From Nitrospira sp. CG24A (lineage in GTDB: Bacteria > Nitrospirota > Nitrospiria > Nitrospirales > Nitrospiraceae), in assembly GCA_002869925.2 (NCBI GenBank), contig NEWT02000035.1:587442-651441 (forward strand): a DNA stretch of 64,000 bases. Reading direction: 5' to 3'. This document shows, piece after piece, positions 1 to 9,906 of this stretch. Under the pieces are notes generated by a model that did no database searches, was not told where the DNA came from, and saw nothing but the letters and a program-made list of their open reading frames with translations. The position numbers and the translations under genes were made by a program. Position 1 is the stretch's first letter. Each line of letters opens with the position of its first letter.

Positions 1-33
1 AAGAAAAGAAAATGGAGGAAGGTTATTGAAAAC

Positions 34-61
34 TGGCGTGCTGGTTGGGACTTGAACCCAA
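34..61 (-). other. tRNA 3'-half-like fragment (T-arm, acceptor 3' strand, CCA) with no matching 5' half
   Basis: Minus strand reads TTGGG-TTCAAGT-CCCAA-CCAGCAC-G-CCA. The complementary acceptor strand GTGCTGG is not present in the next ~400 nt, so this is not an intact tRNA. Confidence 0.3.
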
Positions 62-107
62 GCCCCTCATGGCTGGTACCGGCGGATCACAACGGATACC
101 CCGACGA

Positions 108-147
108 AACCGGCGGAGCGGAGCCCCAATGGGCTCCGCTCGCCGCC
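108..147 (-). terminator. Stem-loop downstream of the small secreted-protein gene
   Basis: GGCGGAGCGGAGCCC (112-126) pairs with GGGCTCCGCTCGCCGCC (131-147) across a 4 nt loop with a 2 nt bulge. Only a short TTT follows on the minus strand. Confidence 0.45.
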
Positions 148-178
148 AGATGTCGTTTGAGGCAACGACTCTAAGAAC

Positions 179-472
179 TTACCTGGCCCCCTCGATCAGC
201 TTCCCGTCCAGCATCAGGGATTGGCCTTCCTGCAGCTGTAGCGTTTTCCCATCCTTCGTGACCATCTTACCGTTCATCATAATCCTCGTACCATTGGACA
301 TGGTCGTCTCGCGATCCATCCGGCCAATTTCCTTCCCATCCTGCAATCTCCACATCTTACCATCCTTCATCGTGACACCATCCTTCTCGACGGCCATCGC
401 AGGTGAGGCAAGGAATGATAGGGATAAGCAGAGCCCAACGACTGCGAGCGTGACGATTCTATACTTCTTCAT
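179..472 (-). CDS. Small secreted repeat protein (hypothetical)
   Basis: Signal peptide MKKYRIVTLAVVGLCLSLSFLASPAMA. GGAGGGG lies upstream of the ATG at 472. Reiterated DGK / M..G.. motifs. Confidence 0.6.
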   Translation of the reverse strand: MKKYRIVTLAVVGLCLSLSFLASPAMAVEKDGVTMKDGKMWRLQDGKEIGRMDRETTMSNGTRIMMNGKMVTKDGKTLQLQEGQSLMLDGKLIEGAR

Positions 473-1102
473 GACGATCCACCCCTCCAATGATTAATAA
501 ATAATGTGAACGAACTGCCCCTGACAACATGGAGCCTGAAAACTGGCCCGGTAAGGTGGGCCACGCCCGGCTTGGGCCGATATGAAACCGGCCTCGTCAC
601 CCAATGGCCACCGCGTAAAAGAGTTGAAGTGGCACCATCGTCTATGTAGCTGTTTATATGAACAATTTTCAGATTGATGAGGCGAGATTGGCCGCGGTCG
701 CAACGGGCACAGCTTAATCGACAGAATTCGACAACTGCAGCTACGCATCACCAATAACCGCCCGCTTTATTCGCAACGGGCAAGCTCATCGCGCGATGCG
801 CGTGAAGTTTCCGGCGCGTATCTTAAACCGACTTGACCCGACTACAGTAGGAAATCAGGATTGGAATACTTGTGTGATAGACACCTGCCGTCACTCAGAT
901 ATGTTCACCCTGAGTGAGGATGCCGATCAATTTACAACAGCCCATATCTCCAACTATAGCGGCGCAATCTCATGCTGAGCCATAACAGCACAGCGACAAT
1001 GCTTATAGGTTCGCATTATTATCTAGTGCCTAGAAGGCTGTCAAGCCCACAGGCAAAAATGCTATACTGGCACTCAATCAGTTAAGCCACGGAGCAGAAA
1101 TC

Positions 1103-1282
1103 ATGTTTGTGCAACATATGGCCAAGACCGAGATGACCCAATTTTGGCAGTTTCTGTTTAATCTCTGCAATGAAGAATATTCCTGCGTGCTTGGATGGGG
1201 CTTGGGAGGGGTTGTGGCAGTCCTCGGTGTGGTCCTGGGCTTTGGGTTTCTGATCACGCGCGCAAATAAAAGGAGAGAATAG
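1103..1282 (+). CDS. 59 aa putative small membrane protein
   Basis: ATG preceded by GGAGCAGAAATC. C-terminal hydrophobic stretch GLGGVVAVLGVVLGFGFLI followed by a basic tail. Below the ORF-track length cutoff. Lies in an AT-richer stretch. Confidence 0.3.
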   Translation: MFVQHMAKTEMTQFWQFLFNLCNEEYSCVLGWGLGGVVAVLGVVLGFGFLITRANKRRE

Positions 1283-1527
1283 AAGAAACTTCAGTCAGCC
1301 GATAACCCATCAGGGCGCTATCGAATTTTCCGCCTATGTGATTGTTATCGAGATCACACAATCCGACCGTACAGAACCTACCGTCGCTACCTATCGACCA
1401 GCCCGATGAGGCAGAACTCGTGGCACCACCGAGTGGAACCGCAACTCAGCGTGGAGAAATCCTTCCCCTCCTCAAATAGAACACATCCATTGAGTGCGAG
1501 AACGGGGTCATGACATGATCAACGATA

Positions 1528-1555
1528 TGGTGAGCCGGCTGGGACTCGATCCCAG
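1528..1555 (-). repeat. Direct repeat of the tRNA-Lys 3' end (distal att-like site)
   Basis: TGGTGAGCCGGCTGGGACTCGATCCCAG matches 8155-8182 at 27 of 28 positions in the same orientation. Confidence 0.8.
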
Positions 1556-1584
1556 AGCGCTCACAGAAAGCTGATCGATCGTGA

Positions 1585-1824
1585 GGAGTTCTGGACGGGA
1601 ACTGCTTCCCCTCGACGCCTGACTTGGAGATGCGGTGAGCCGAGCAGCACCACTACTACCGTTTGGATCGGCCTCATGGCTCCCTGAGCGGTCCCACCCC
1701 ACTTGATGTGTGACATCCGATGCGAAGAGTCACGCCAGTTCCGGATGAGATTGAAGCTCAGTACGACCCGACCGGGGAACGATTCCAGATGGCGCATTGC
1801 CAGAGAGCCTTAGCTCTCAGGTAA
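1585..1824 (+). pseudogene. DDE transposase C-terminal remnant (IS481/IS3-like)
   Basis: One frame reads VLDGNCFPSTPDLEMR*AEQHHYYRLDRPHGSLSGPTPLDV*HPMRRVTPVPDEIEAQYDPTGERFQ. The YN..RPH..L.G.TP motif is typical of integrase-core transposase C-termini. There are two in-frame stops and no N-terminal part. Confidence 0.55.
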
Positions 1825-2400
1825 CATCTATGCACGCGATCTCAGGTTCAATACCAGAGGAATCCTGGTTTGACAGCCGTGGCCTCCTGCGTAGGCAGGT
1901 GACATGATGCCTCCAAATCGCACACACTTTGTGCCGCTACAACGATTTCCGGCGCCAGCTACTGCTGCTTCCGACACTCCCACGGCAGCACCGGTAGCCG
2001 TTCGGCCCGCAAACCTATTCTTGCCTCGCGGGCGTACTTCTCGAACCCTCCCAGCATTAGACTTCGCAGCACATACTGCCAATACCACTAGCACTAGCCT
2101 TGCCTGACGAGATCCTTATTCAGGTATCCCATCCAAAGACGTATTGCCACCTGTACGGGTGAAACTATATAGTGTGCTTCTCTTAGACGGTTCGGATCCG
2201 TTCTGTTGGTTGGAGCTAATTCCTATGTTGACCCGGAGTCAGCCAGGAAGTCGTTTCTGCACACACACGGAGGCTCACACTCGCCGATCTCACCGCACCC
2301 GCCATAGCCCGTCTCATCGCGTATCTAACACAAGGGATCACGGTACACTCGGCATCCTCCGGACTAAGCGCCTCAACCAATTACCGCACAAAGTGGCACC

Positions 2401-2769
2401 ATGAAGACCAGGAGGCACGCGGCCACGTTAGCCGCAATGATGATGGTAGTCGGGTGTCAGGCGCCACCGTCTTCTTCTACCAATAGCCCATCGCAGCCCA
2501 CGTCCATGTTGAGGGGGGAGGTGCGCCTCACTCAGCAAATCATTGTAAAGTTCAAACCCCACACAATCGCCTGCGATGCCACTCAGATTACGCACTTGTC
2601 TGCAGTCACGCGCGTGCCGCTCCAGTATGTGCGCCCCCTGTCCGGCGATGCATGCTTGATTCAGCAGCGTGCGGATGACGCCGCCGGTCTTTCGCTTGGA
2701 CAAGACACGCTCAAACGCCATCCGGCTATCGAATGGTTCGAGGAAGATAGGATGCTGGAGGCCTCGTAA
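2401..2769 (+). CDS. Lipoprotein resembling a stand-alone peptidase-S8 propeptide (inhibitor I9-like)
   Basis: Lipobox MMMVVGC. IIVKFKP..VPLQYVRPLSGDACLI..HPAIEWFEEDRML parallels the pro-region of the adjacent subtilase (LIVKPRA..VPLTVVRPMSGGAHVI..DPSLEYAEPDRLL). Confidence 0.65.
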   Translation: MKTRRHAATLAAMMMVVGCQAPPSSSTNSPSQPTSMLRGEVRLTQQIIVKFKPHTIACDATQITHLSAVTRVPLQYVRPLSGDACLIQQRADDAAGLSLGQDTLKRHPAIEWFEEDRMLEAS

Positions 2770-2828
2770 TTGGGTTGGGGCCGTTCGCTGCAAGCCGGCG
2801 TCTTACTGTTTCGGAAGGAGAGGTCTTG

Positions 2829-5800
2829 ATGTTTTTCAAACTGCCGCACCGCACGTTGGGTTTGGGGATGGCCACGATGACAATTATCTTGGCTCTCGCA
2901 GTGACGGCTTCCGTCGCGATAGCGGGATCTGCCGACTCGCCATTGGGGTCAGCCGTGACCATCGAGGCTAGTGGGACGGAAGAGAAGATGGTGCCAAGCC
3001 TGATCGTGAAGCCTCGGGCTCAAGCCGGGGCCAAGATGGCCAGTGCCCTTCAGGCGTTTGATGCCAGAGATCTCTCGAAAACAGCCCTGGTGCCCTTGAC
3101 TGTGGTACGCCCGATGTCCGGCGGCGCCCACGTGATTAAGCTGGAACAGCCGGTCACATTGTCCGAGGCGCGCGTCATTGCCGCACGGCTCATGCACAAC
3201 GACCCCAGCCTCGAATATGCTGAGCCAGACCGGCTCCTGCAGCTCTCAACGACCCCAACCGATCCTCTATATAGCAATCAGTGGAATTATTTTACGCCTA
3301 ATGGCACTACCAATAAGGGCGGAGCCAACCTGCCGCTGGCGTGGGATGTGACCAAGGGCAGCGCGTCCATTGTGGTGGCCGTTATCGACACGGGCTATCT
3401 CTCGCACAGTGATTTGGGTCCCATCTTGCCAGGATATGATTTTATTACCGATCCGCTCCGAGCCAATGACGGTAATGGCCGAGATGCCGATGCACACGAC
3501 TCAGGGAATGGGGTGGTCGCAGGGGAATGCGGGGTTGGCACCCCGTCAAAAATCACCGTTTGGCACAGCACCGGGGTGATCGGGATCCTGGCGGCACGCA
3601 TGAATAACGGTCAAGGGGGCACGGGCCTGGCCCCCAATATTCGGATCTTGCCGATACGCGTTGCAGGCAAGTGCGGCGCACTCCTGTCGGATATGGTGGA
3701 TGGGATGCGATGGGCGGCGGGCTTTTCGGTGTCGGGTGTACCCAACAACCCGACCCCCGCCAAGATTATGAACATCAGCATCGGCACGCACAATGCGTGT
3801 GGGCCGACGCTCCAAGCCGCTGTGACGGAGATCGTCAACGCGGGGACCGTCATTGCGGCTTCGACCGAAAATAATAGTGACGTGACTGTCTCAGAGCCTG
3901 CAAATTGCCCGGGTGTGATGGCCGTGACCGGACATGCGATCGACGGTGACCTTGCTCATTATGCCAATGTCGGCCCTGAGGTCGCCATCAGTGCGCCGGG
4001 CGGAGGGTGTGGAAAGCTGGCGTTTCTGAGCAATACCTGTACCCCAGGGGGGGCTGATCCCAGGGGGCCAGGGTTCACGTCGACCTATAATAACGGCGTC
4101 ACGGTCCCGGGGGCTGACATTTATGTGTCGGCTACCGGCACCAGCGTCTCGGCTCCGCATGTGGCTGGGGTGGCCGCACTCCTCTTGTCGGTCAACCCAA
4201 CGTTGAGTCCGGCGCAAGTCCGATCCATCTTGCAATCGTCAGCCCGTCCATTTCCCGCCGGCTCGTGGTGCGCATCCAGTGGTGTCGGGCTCTGTGGCGC
4301 AGGTTTACTGGATGCCCATGCCGCCATGCAGGTGCTGGGCGTCCCACCGATCGTCACGATCCCCACCCCGTCGCAAGTTGTGGCTCCAAACATTACGGTA
4401 TCGCTATCGGGTGTTGCGACGGCTTCTGTGGGGCGCAGTATCAGCGCGTACGCATGGACCCAATTGACCGGCGCCTCTGTCGGCACCATTGCGAACCAGA
4501 ACACGGCCACTGCTTCATTTACTGCGCCTGCGACCGGCACGTACTCATTTCAACTGACCGCGACAGACTCTAGTGGGCTGATCGGCACGGCCATCGCGAC
4601 GGTCCGGGTGAACTCCCCTCCCGTGCTGACGGACATTGCGGCCCAGACGATCACGGAAGGGAATACCCTCAGCTTTGCTGTGGGAGCCACGGACGTCGAT
4701 GGCGATGCCCCGATTTTCGTCTCGGTTGCGCTCCCGCCTGGGGCGAGCCTGAGTGCCACCGGGGCATTCAGTTGGCCGAACGCCGCTCCAGCGGGCCCCT
4801 ACACCCTGACGTATTTTGCACGGGACAACGATGCCGATAGTACTCAAGGCACCGTGAATATATCTGTCACTGCTGATATCCTCCCGCCAACGATGCCAAG
4901 CAGTCTCACGGGCAGTGTACTCAGCGGGACGCAGATCAACCTGAGTTGGCCCGCCTCAACCGATAATGTCGGTGTCACCGGCTACGAACTCGAGCGCTGC
5001 CAAGGGGTCGGCTGCACCAATTTCGCCCTGATCGCCACCCCCACCACGACCAGCTACACCGACACCGGGCTCACCCTCGGCGTCAGTTACAGTTATCGGG
5101 TGCGGGCGAGGGATGCCGTAGGCCATCTCAGCACCTATTCGCCCATAACCACGAACACCGCGGGTCCACCCGCCACCGGCCGCACGACGCTGTTTACCGA
5201 CAGCTTCAATCGGGCAGACAACGCTGACCTTGGTCCGGCCTATACCGATTCCTATACCGGCTTCACCACCGGCCGAATTCTCTCACAACGGCTCGTGCCA
5301 TCAGCCGTGGGGACGGCCACCGTAGAGCAGTATACCGGCGTCGCGACCCCGAACAATCAATGGAGTGAAGTCACGATCGGGGCGCTGGCCGGTGGCACAG
5401 TGACCCAAGTGGGGGCCCATGTTCGTTTGAGCAATCCAAGCACCTATAGCGGCTACCGCTGTTTTGCCGCCATCAACCAAACGAATAAAGCCGGTATTCG
5501 GCGGGTCAATGGGGGAACCCTCACGACGTTGGGAACCAATGACACCACGACAGTCTGGGGCGTGGGGGATAAACTCCGCTGTGAAATACAAGGGACGACG
5601 ATCAAGTTGTATCGCGTAATCGGGACTGCTGAGACACTCCTAGTCTCCGCGACGGATGCGACCTATGCGAGCGGGACCACCGGCGTGTATGCCAGTGTCG
5701 CGGCTGGAGGGGCCGTAACCCATGCGCAGATCAGCAGCTTCTCAATGGGCGGATTCAGTCTCCCCGCCGACACGACTCCACCGACGGCGCCAGGCAGCCC

Positions 5801-7310
5801 CACGGCCAGCGCTCCCAGCAGTACACAGATCAACCTGAGTTGGCCCGCCTCGACCGATACCGTCGGTGTGACCGGCTATCAAGTGGAGCGCTGTCAAGGG
5901 CTCGGCTGCACGACCTTTGCACTGATCGCGACCCCTGCGACGGCCAACTATACCGACACCGGCCTGACCCCGAGTACGAGTTATCGCTATCGAGTCCGGG
6001 CCCAGGATGCCGCGGGCAATCTCAGCCCCTATTCGCCCATCATTGCGGCGACCACGCTCACGGCCACCACCGGCCGCACAACGTTGTTTACCGACAGCTT
6101 CAATCGGACCGACAGCACGGACTTGGGGACCGACTATGCCGGAGGCTATACCGGCAGGGCGACTGGCAAAATCGTCTCGCAACGCCTGTTGCCTACCGTG
6201 GTCGGTACTGTCACAGTCGAGCGGTACACAGGTGTGACCACTCCGGCGAATCAGTGGTGCGAGTTTACCATCGGGACGTTCACCGGTGCTCAAGGGGCTG
6301 ATCTCGGGTGCACTCTGCACATGTCGGCTCCACCCACTGTGAGTCTGTACCTCTGCCGCGCCTCCATCAATGGCACGAACAAGGCCAGTCTTAGGCGCTT
6401 TGACTCGGGAGTGAGTAACGATCTCGGCAATAATACCACTGTCATCTGGGGGCCAGGGGACGTGGGCCGCTGTGAACGTGAAGGCAACGCGTTGCGATTC
6501 TATCGTGTAGTAGGGACTGCAGAGACGTTGCTCCTCTCCGTTACGGATGCGACCTATTCCAGCGGGAGCACCGGTCCTTTTGCTGTGGTTGGTGCAGGCG
6601 GCACGCTCACCAACGTGCAGATGAGCCGCTTCTCCATGGGAGGATTCGGGTCGGCCTCAGCAGCGACTATTGATTTCGATACCACGAGCAGTTCAGCCAC
6701 GGGCAACACGACCAATACAATCAGTTGGTCCCATACGGTCGGAAACGGCGCGAATCGACTCTTAGCCGTCTGCACCCAAGCACGGGATACGGCGGCAGGC
6801 GATGTGGCTGTGACCACTGTGACCGCCAATGGATTTCCGCTCACGAAAGCCCGCGCCGATCTGCGCACCAATGGGGGCAGTTCCTTCAGGACAGAACTCT
6901 GGTATTTGGCGAGTCCTGGAATAGGCGCCTATACGATCACGGTCACGTGGGCAGGGGCCCTCGCCTCCTATGGGGTCGGGTCCGCCACGAGTTATTTCGG
7001 CGTCAATCAAGTGACTCCCATTGATGCGCATGCAGGAAGTGGCGGCACGGGGACCACGCTTTCCACAGCCATCACCACGGTCGCCGATCATGCGCTGATT
7101 ACTGATTGCGCAATTGCACAGTCGGACCCGCTGACAATTGGAACCGGACAAACATCCCGCGTGAATCGTACGACAACGGGAGCCGTCGATGCCGTGGGTG
7201 TTTCCACAGTCAATGACAAGACACCAGCAGGCCCCGAAACGATGGACTGGACCCAATTTGGGAGCCAAAATTGGGTGATCAGTGCCGTCGCCTTGCGACC
7301 GACCCCCTGA
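2829..7310 (+). CDS. Secreted multidomain subtilisin-family (S8) serine protease, ~1490 aa
   Basis: GGAGAGG precedes the ATG at 2829, followed by a signal peptide and a pro-region. Motifs: VAVIDTGY (Asp codon at 3387), WHSTGV, GTSVSAPHVAG. These are followed by Ig/PKD-like repeats, two copies of [FN3 + ~190 aa domain], and a ~220 aa C-terminal domain. Confidence 0.9.
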   Translation: MFFKLPHRTLGLGMATMTIILALAVTASVAIAGSADSPLGSAVTIEASGTEEKMVPSLIVKPRAQAGAKMASALQAFDARDLSKTALVPLTVVRPMSGGAHVIKLEQPVTLSEARVIAARLMHNDPSLEYAEPDRLLQLSTTPTDPLYSNQWNYFTPNGTTNKGGANLPLAWDVTKGSASIVVAVIDTGYLSHSDLGPILPGYDFITDPLRANDGNGRDADAHDSGNGVVAGECGVGTPSKITVWHSTGVIGILAARMNNGQGGTGLAPNIRILPIRVAGKCGALLSDMVDGMRWAAGFSVSGVPNNPTPAKIMNISIGTHNACGPTLQAAVTEIVNAGTVIAASTENNSDVTVSEPANCPGVMAVTGHAIDGDLAHYANVGPEVAISAPGGGCGKLAFLSNTCTPGGADPRGPGFTSTYNNGVTVPGADIYVSATGTSVSAPHVAGVAALLLSVNPTLSPAQVRSILQSSARPFPAGSWCASSGVGLCGAGLLDAHAAMQVLGVPPIVTIPTPSQVVAPNITVSLSGVATASVGRSISAYAWTQLTGASVGTIANQNTATASFTAPATGTYSFQLTATDSSGLIGTAIATVRVNSPPVLTDIAAQTITEGNTLSFAVGATDVDGDAPIFVSVALPPGASLSATGAFSWPNAAPAGPYTLTYFARDNDADSTQGTVNISVTADILPPTMPSSLTGSVLSGTQINLSWPASTDNVGVTGYELERCQGVGCTNFALIATPTTTSYTDTGLTLGVSYSYRVRARDAVGHLSTYSPITTNTAGPPATGRTTLFTDSFNRADNADLGPAYTDSYTGFTTGRILSQRLVPSAVGTATVEQYTGVATPNNQWSEVTIGALAGGTVTQVGAHVRLSNPSTYSGYRCFAAINQTNKAGIRRVNGGTLTTLGTNDTTTVWGVGDKLRCEIQGTTIKLYRVIGTAETLLVSATDATYASGTTGVYASVAAGGAVTHAQISSFSMGGFSLPADTTPPTAPGSPTASAPSSTQINLSWPASTDTVGVTGYQVERCQGLGCTTFALIATPATANYTDTGLTPSTSYRYRVRAQDAAGNLSPYSPIIAATTLTATTGRTTLFTDSFNRTDSTDLGTDYAGGYTGRATGKIVSQRLLPTVVGTVTVERYTGVTTPANQWCEFTIGTFTGAQGADLGCTLHMSAPPTVSLYLCRASINGTNKASLRRFDSGVSNDLGNNTTVIWGPGDVGRCEREGNALRFYRVVGTAETLLLSVTDATYSSGSTGPFAVVGAGGTLTNVQMSRFSMGGFGSASAATIDFDTTSSSATGNTTNTISWSHTVGNGANRLLAVCTQARDTAAGDVAVTTVTANGFPLTKARADLRTNGGSSFRTELWYLASPGIGAYTITVTWAGALASYGVGSATSYFGVNQVTPIDAHAGSGGTGTTLSTAITTVADHALITDCAIAQSDPLTIGTGQTSRVNRTTTGAVDAVGVSTVNDKTPAGPETMDWTQFGSQNWVISAVALRPTP
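4881..6650 (+). repeat. Intragenic tandem duplication (~885 bp x2) encoding FN3 plus an unassigned ~190 aa domain
   Basis: Unit 1 is 4881-5762 and unit 2 is 5763-6650. Shared DNA runs such as CAGATCAACCTGAGTTGGCCCGCCTC. Shared peptides QINLSWPASTD.VGVTGY..ERCQG.GCT.FALIATP and GRTTLFTDSFNR.D..DLG, ending in FSMGGF. Confidence 0.9.
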
Positions 7311-7874
7311 TTTCAATTTGCTCTGTCGGATTGGTTGCGAGCGCATCTCAACAGCCTCCCTGGTTCCTCCAGGCCTCATGGATTGTTCCACTGAACTTCG
7401 ACCGTTCAGGGCCTGACCTTGTCTAAGACTGCCTGGTGAAGCTCATAGCCACGTGTCTTTGACAGAGCAGCCATTACGTCAATTACCATTCCCCATATTG
7501 CCCGAAAAATGCAGGGCCGTACGCTCTTCAAAATGCACTTCGGTACCGCCATGCTCCCTGTGCGCCCTTGTCGACAAATATGAGACACTTTTTTTGGTTT
7601 GTATTGCCTTGATATCAATCGGTACCGACATCTTCCTCAAATCCTTTTTGCGGCGAATGGTTGCTGAATCCGTGCATATGGTCGTTCCTGAGTCGCATTC
7701 ACTAAGCAACTGCCACTCCACAATGGCAATTTCGAGTGAGTGAATGCCTCTTCTTGGTCTGCGACCAGACGGAACCGTCGCAAGGCCTGCTGATTGTCTT
7801 TCTGGACTCTCTCTTCATTGTGTTCAGCCACCATGGAATGAACTCCACGCGCGCTACGTAGTTCGGGAGTTTGA

Positions 7875-8147
7875 CAAGGACGCGATCGGGCAGGAGTTCC
7901 AGACTTCCGCTTTCACGACATGTGGCACACGTTCGCCACACGATTCATCCAACGTGGAGTAGATTTGCACAAGGTACAACGTCTGCTCGGTCACAAGACC
8001 AGCCTGACGACACAACGGTATGCGCATCATTCGGTGGAGAGTTTGAGAGAGGGTATGAGCGTCTTGGGTCAGTCACAACCGCGGCGAGTTGGCACCATTA
8101 ACACACGGAGAGGTTTTGCGAGAGCGAGCACTCTCGCAAGTACATGA
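7875..8147 (+). pseudogene. Tyrosine recombinase (phage-type integrase) C-terminal remnant
   Basis: GRDRAGVPDFRFHDMWHTFATRFIQRGVDLHKVQRLLGHKTSLTTQRYAHH carries the conserved HxxR...Y catalytic region. An in-frame TGA at 7872 lies directly upstream, and no recognisable N-terminal domain is seen in any frame. Confidence 0.7.
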
Positions 8148-8154
8148 TTGTAAA

Positions 8155-8230
8155 TGGTGAGCCGGCTGGGACTCGAACCCAGGACCCTCGCCTTAAAAGG
8201 GCGATGCTCTACCAACTGAGCTACCGGCTC
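8155..8230 (-). tRNA. tRNA-Lys (anticodon UUU)
   Basis: 76 nt cloverleaf GAGCCGG-TA-GCTC-AGTTGGTA-GAGC-A-TCGCC-CTTTTAA-GGCGA-GGGTC-CTGGG-TTCGAGT-CCCAG-CCGGCTC-A-CCA. Confidence 0.95.
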
Positions 8231-8350
8231 ACCGAGCAAAGAGCGCGGATTCTACCACCGACGCTCGGCCTATGCCTAGATGACAGTTGAAAAATCCGCT
8301 GGCGCCCTCCGTGTCCTGATTCGGACACTCCACGTGTTCCGTTTCACCTT

Positions 8351-9853
<1,503 letters not shown>

Positions 9854-9906
9854 CTACGGGCACATCTTCATTGCGTCCAAGTACGACATCGGGTACCGTA
9901 GCGCCC

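Larger units (their letters stand above)
1528..8182. mobile_element. tRNA-Lys-associated genomic island, apparently immobilised
   Basis: Bounded by the 28 nt tRNA 3'-end repeats. An integrase C-terminal remnant abuts the tRNA and a DDE transposase remnant sits at the far end. Cargo is a propeptide-like lipoprotein and a giant subtilase. Confidence 0.6.

Noticed and set aside
34-180. Possible tmRNA or intact tRNA ending at the CCA at position 34 (minus strand).
   Set aside because: No complementary 5' acceptor strand lies within the distance needed for a tRNA (~76-95 nt) or tmRNA (~350 nt). The acceptor would lack the G3-U70 pair needed for alanine charging. The downstream region is occupied by a credible protein gene and its hairpin.
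7320-7870. Small ORFs on both strands between the subtilase gene and the integrase remnant (7406-7618, 7479-7721, 7453-7743 and others).
   Set aside because: They overlap each other, and I could not recognise any motif, either an integrase N-terminal domain or toxin-antitoxin-like proteins. The region most likely holds decayed island sequence.
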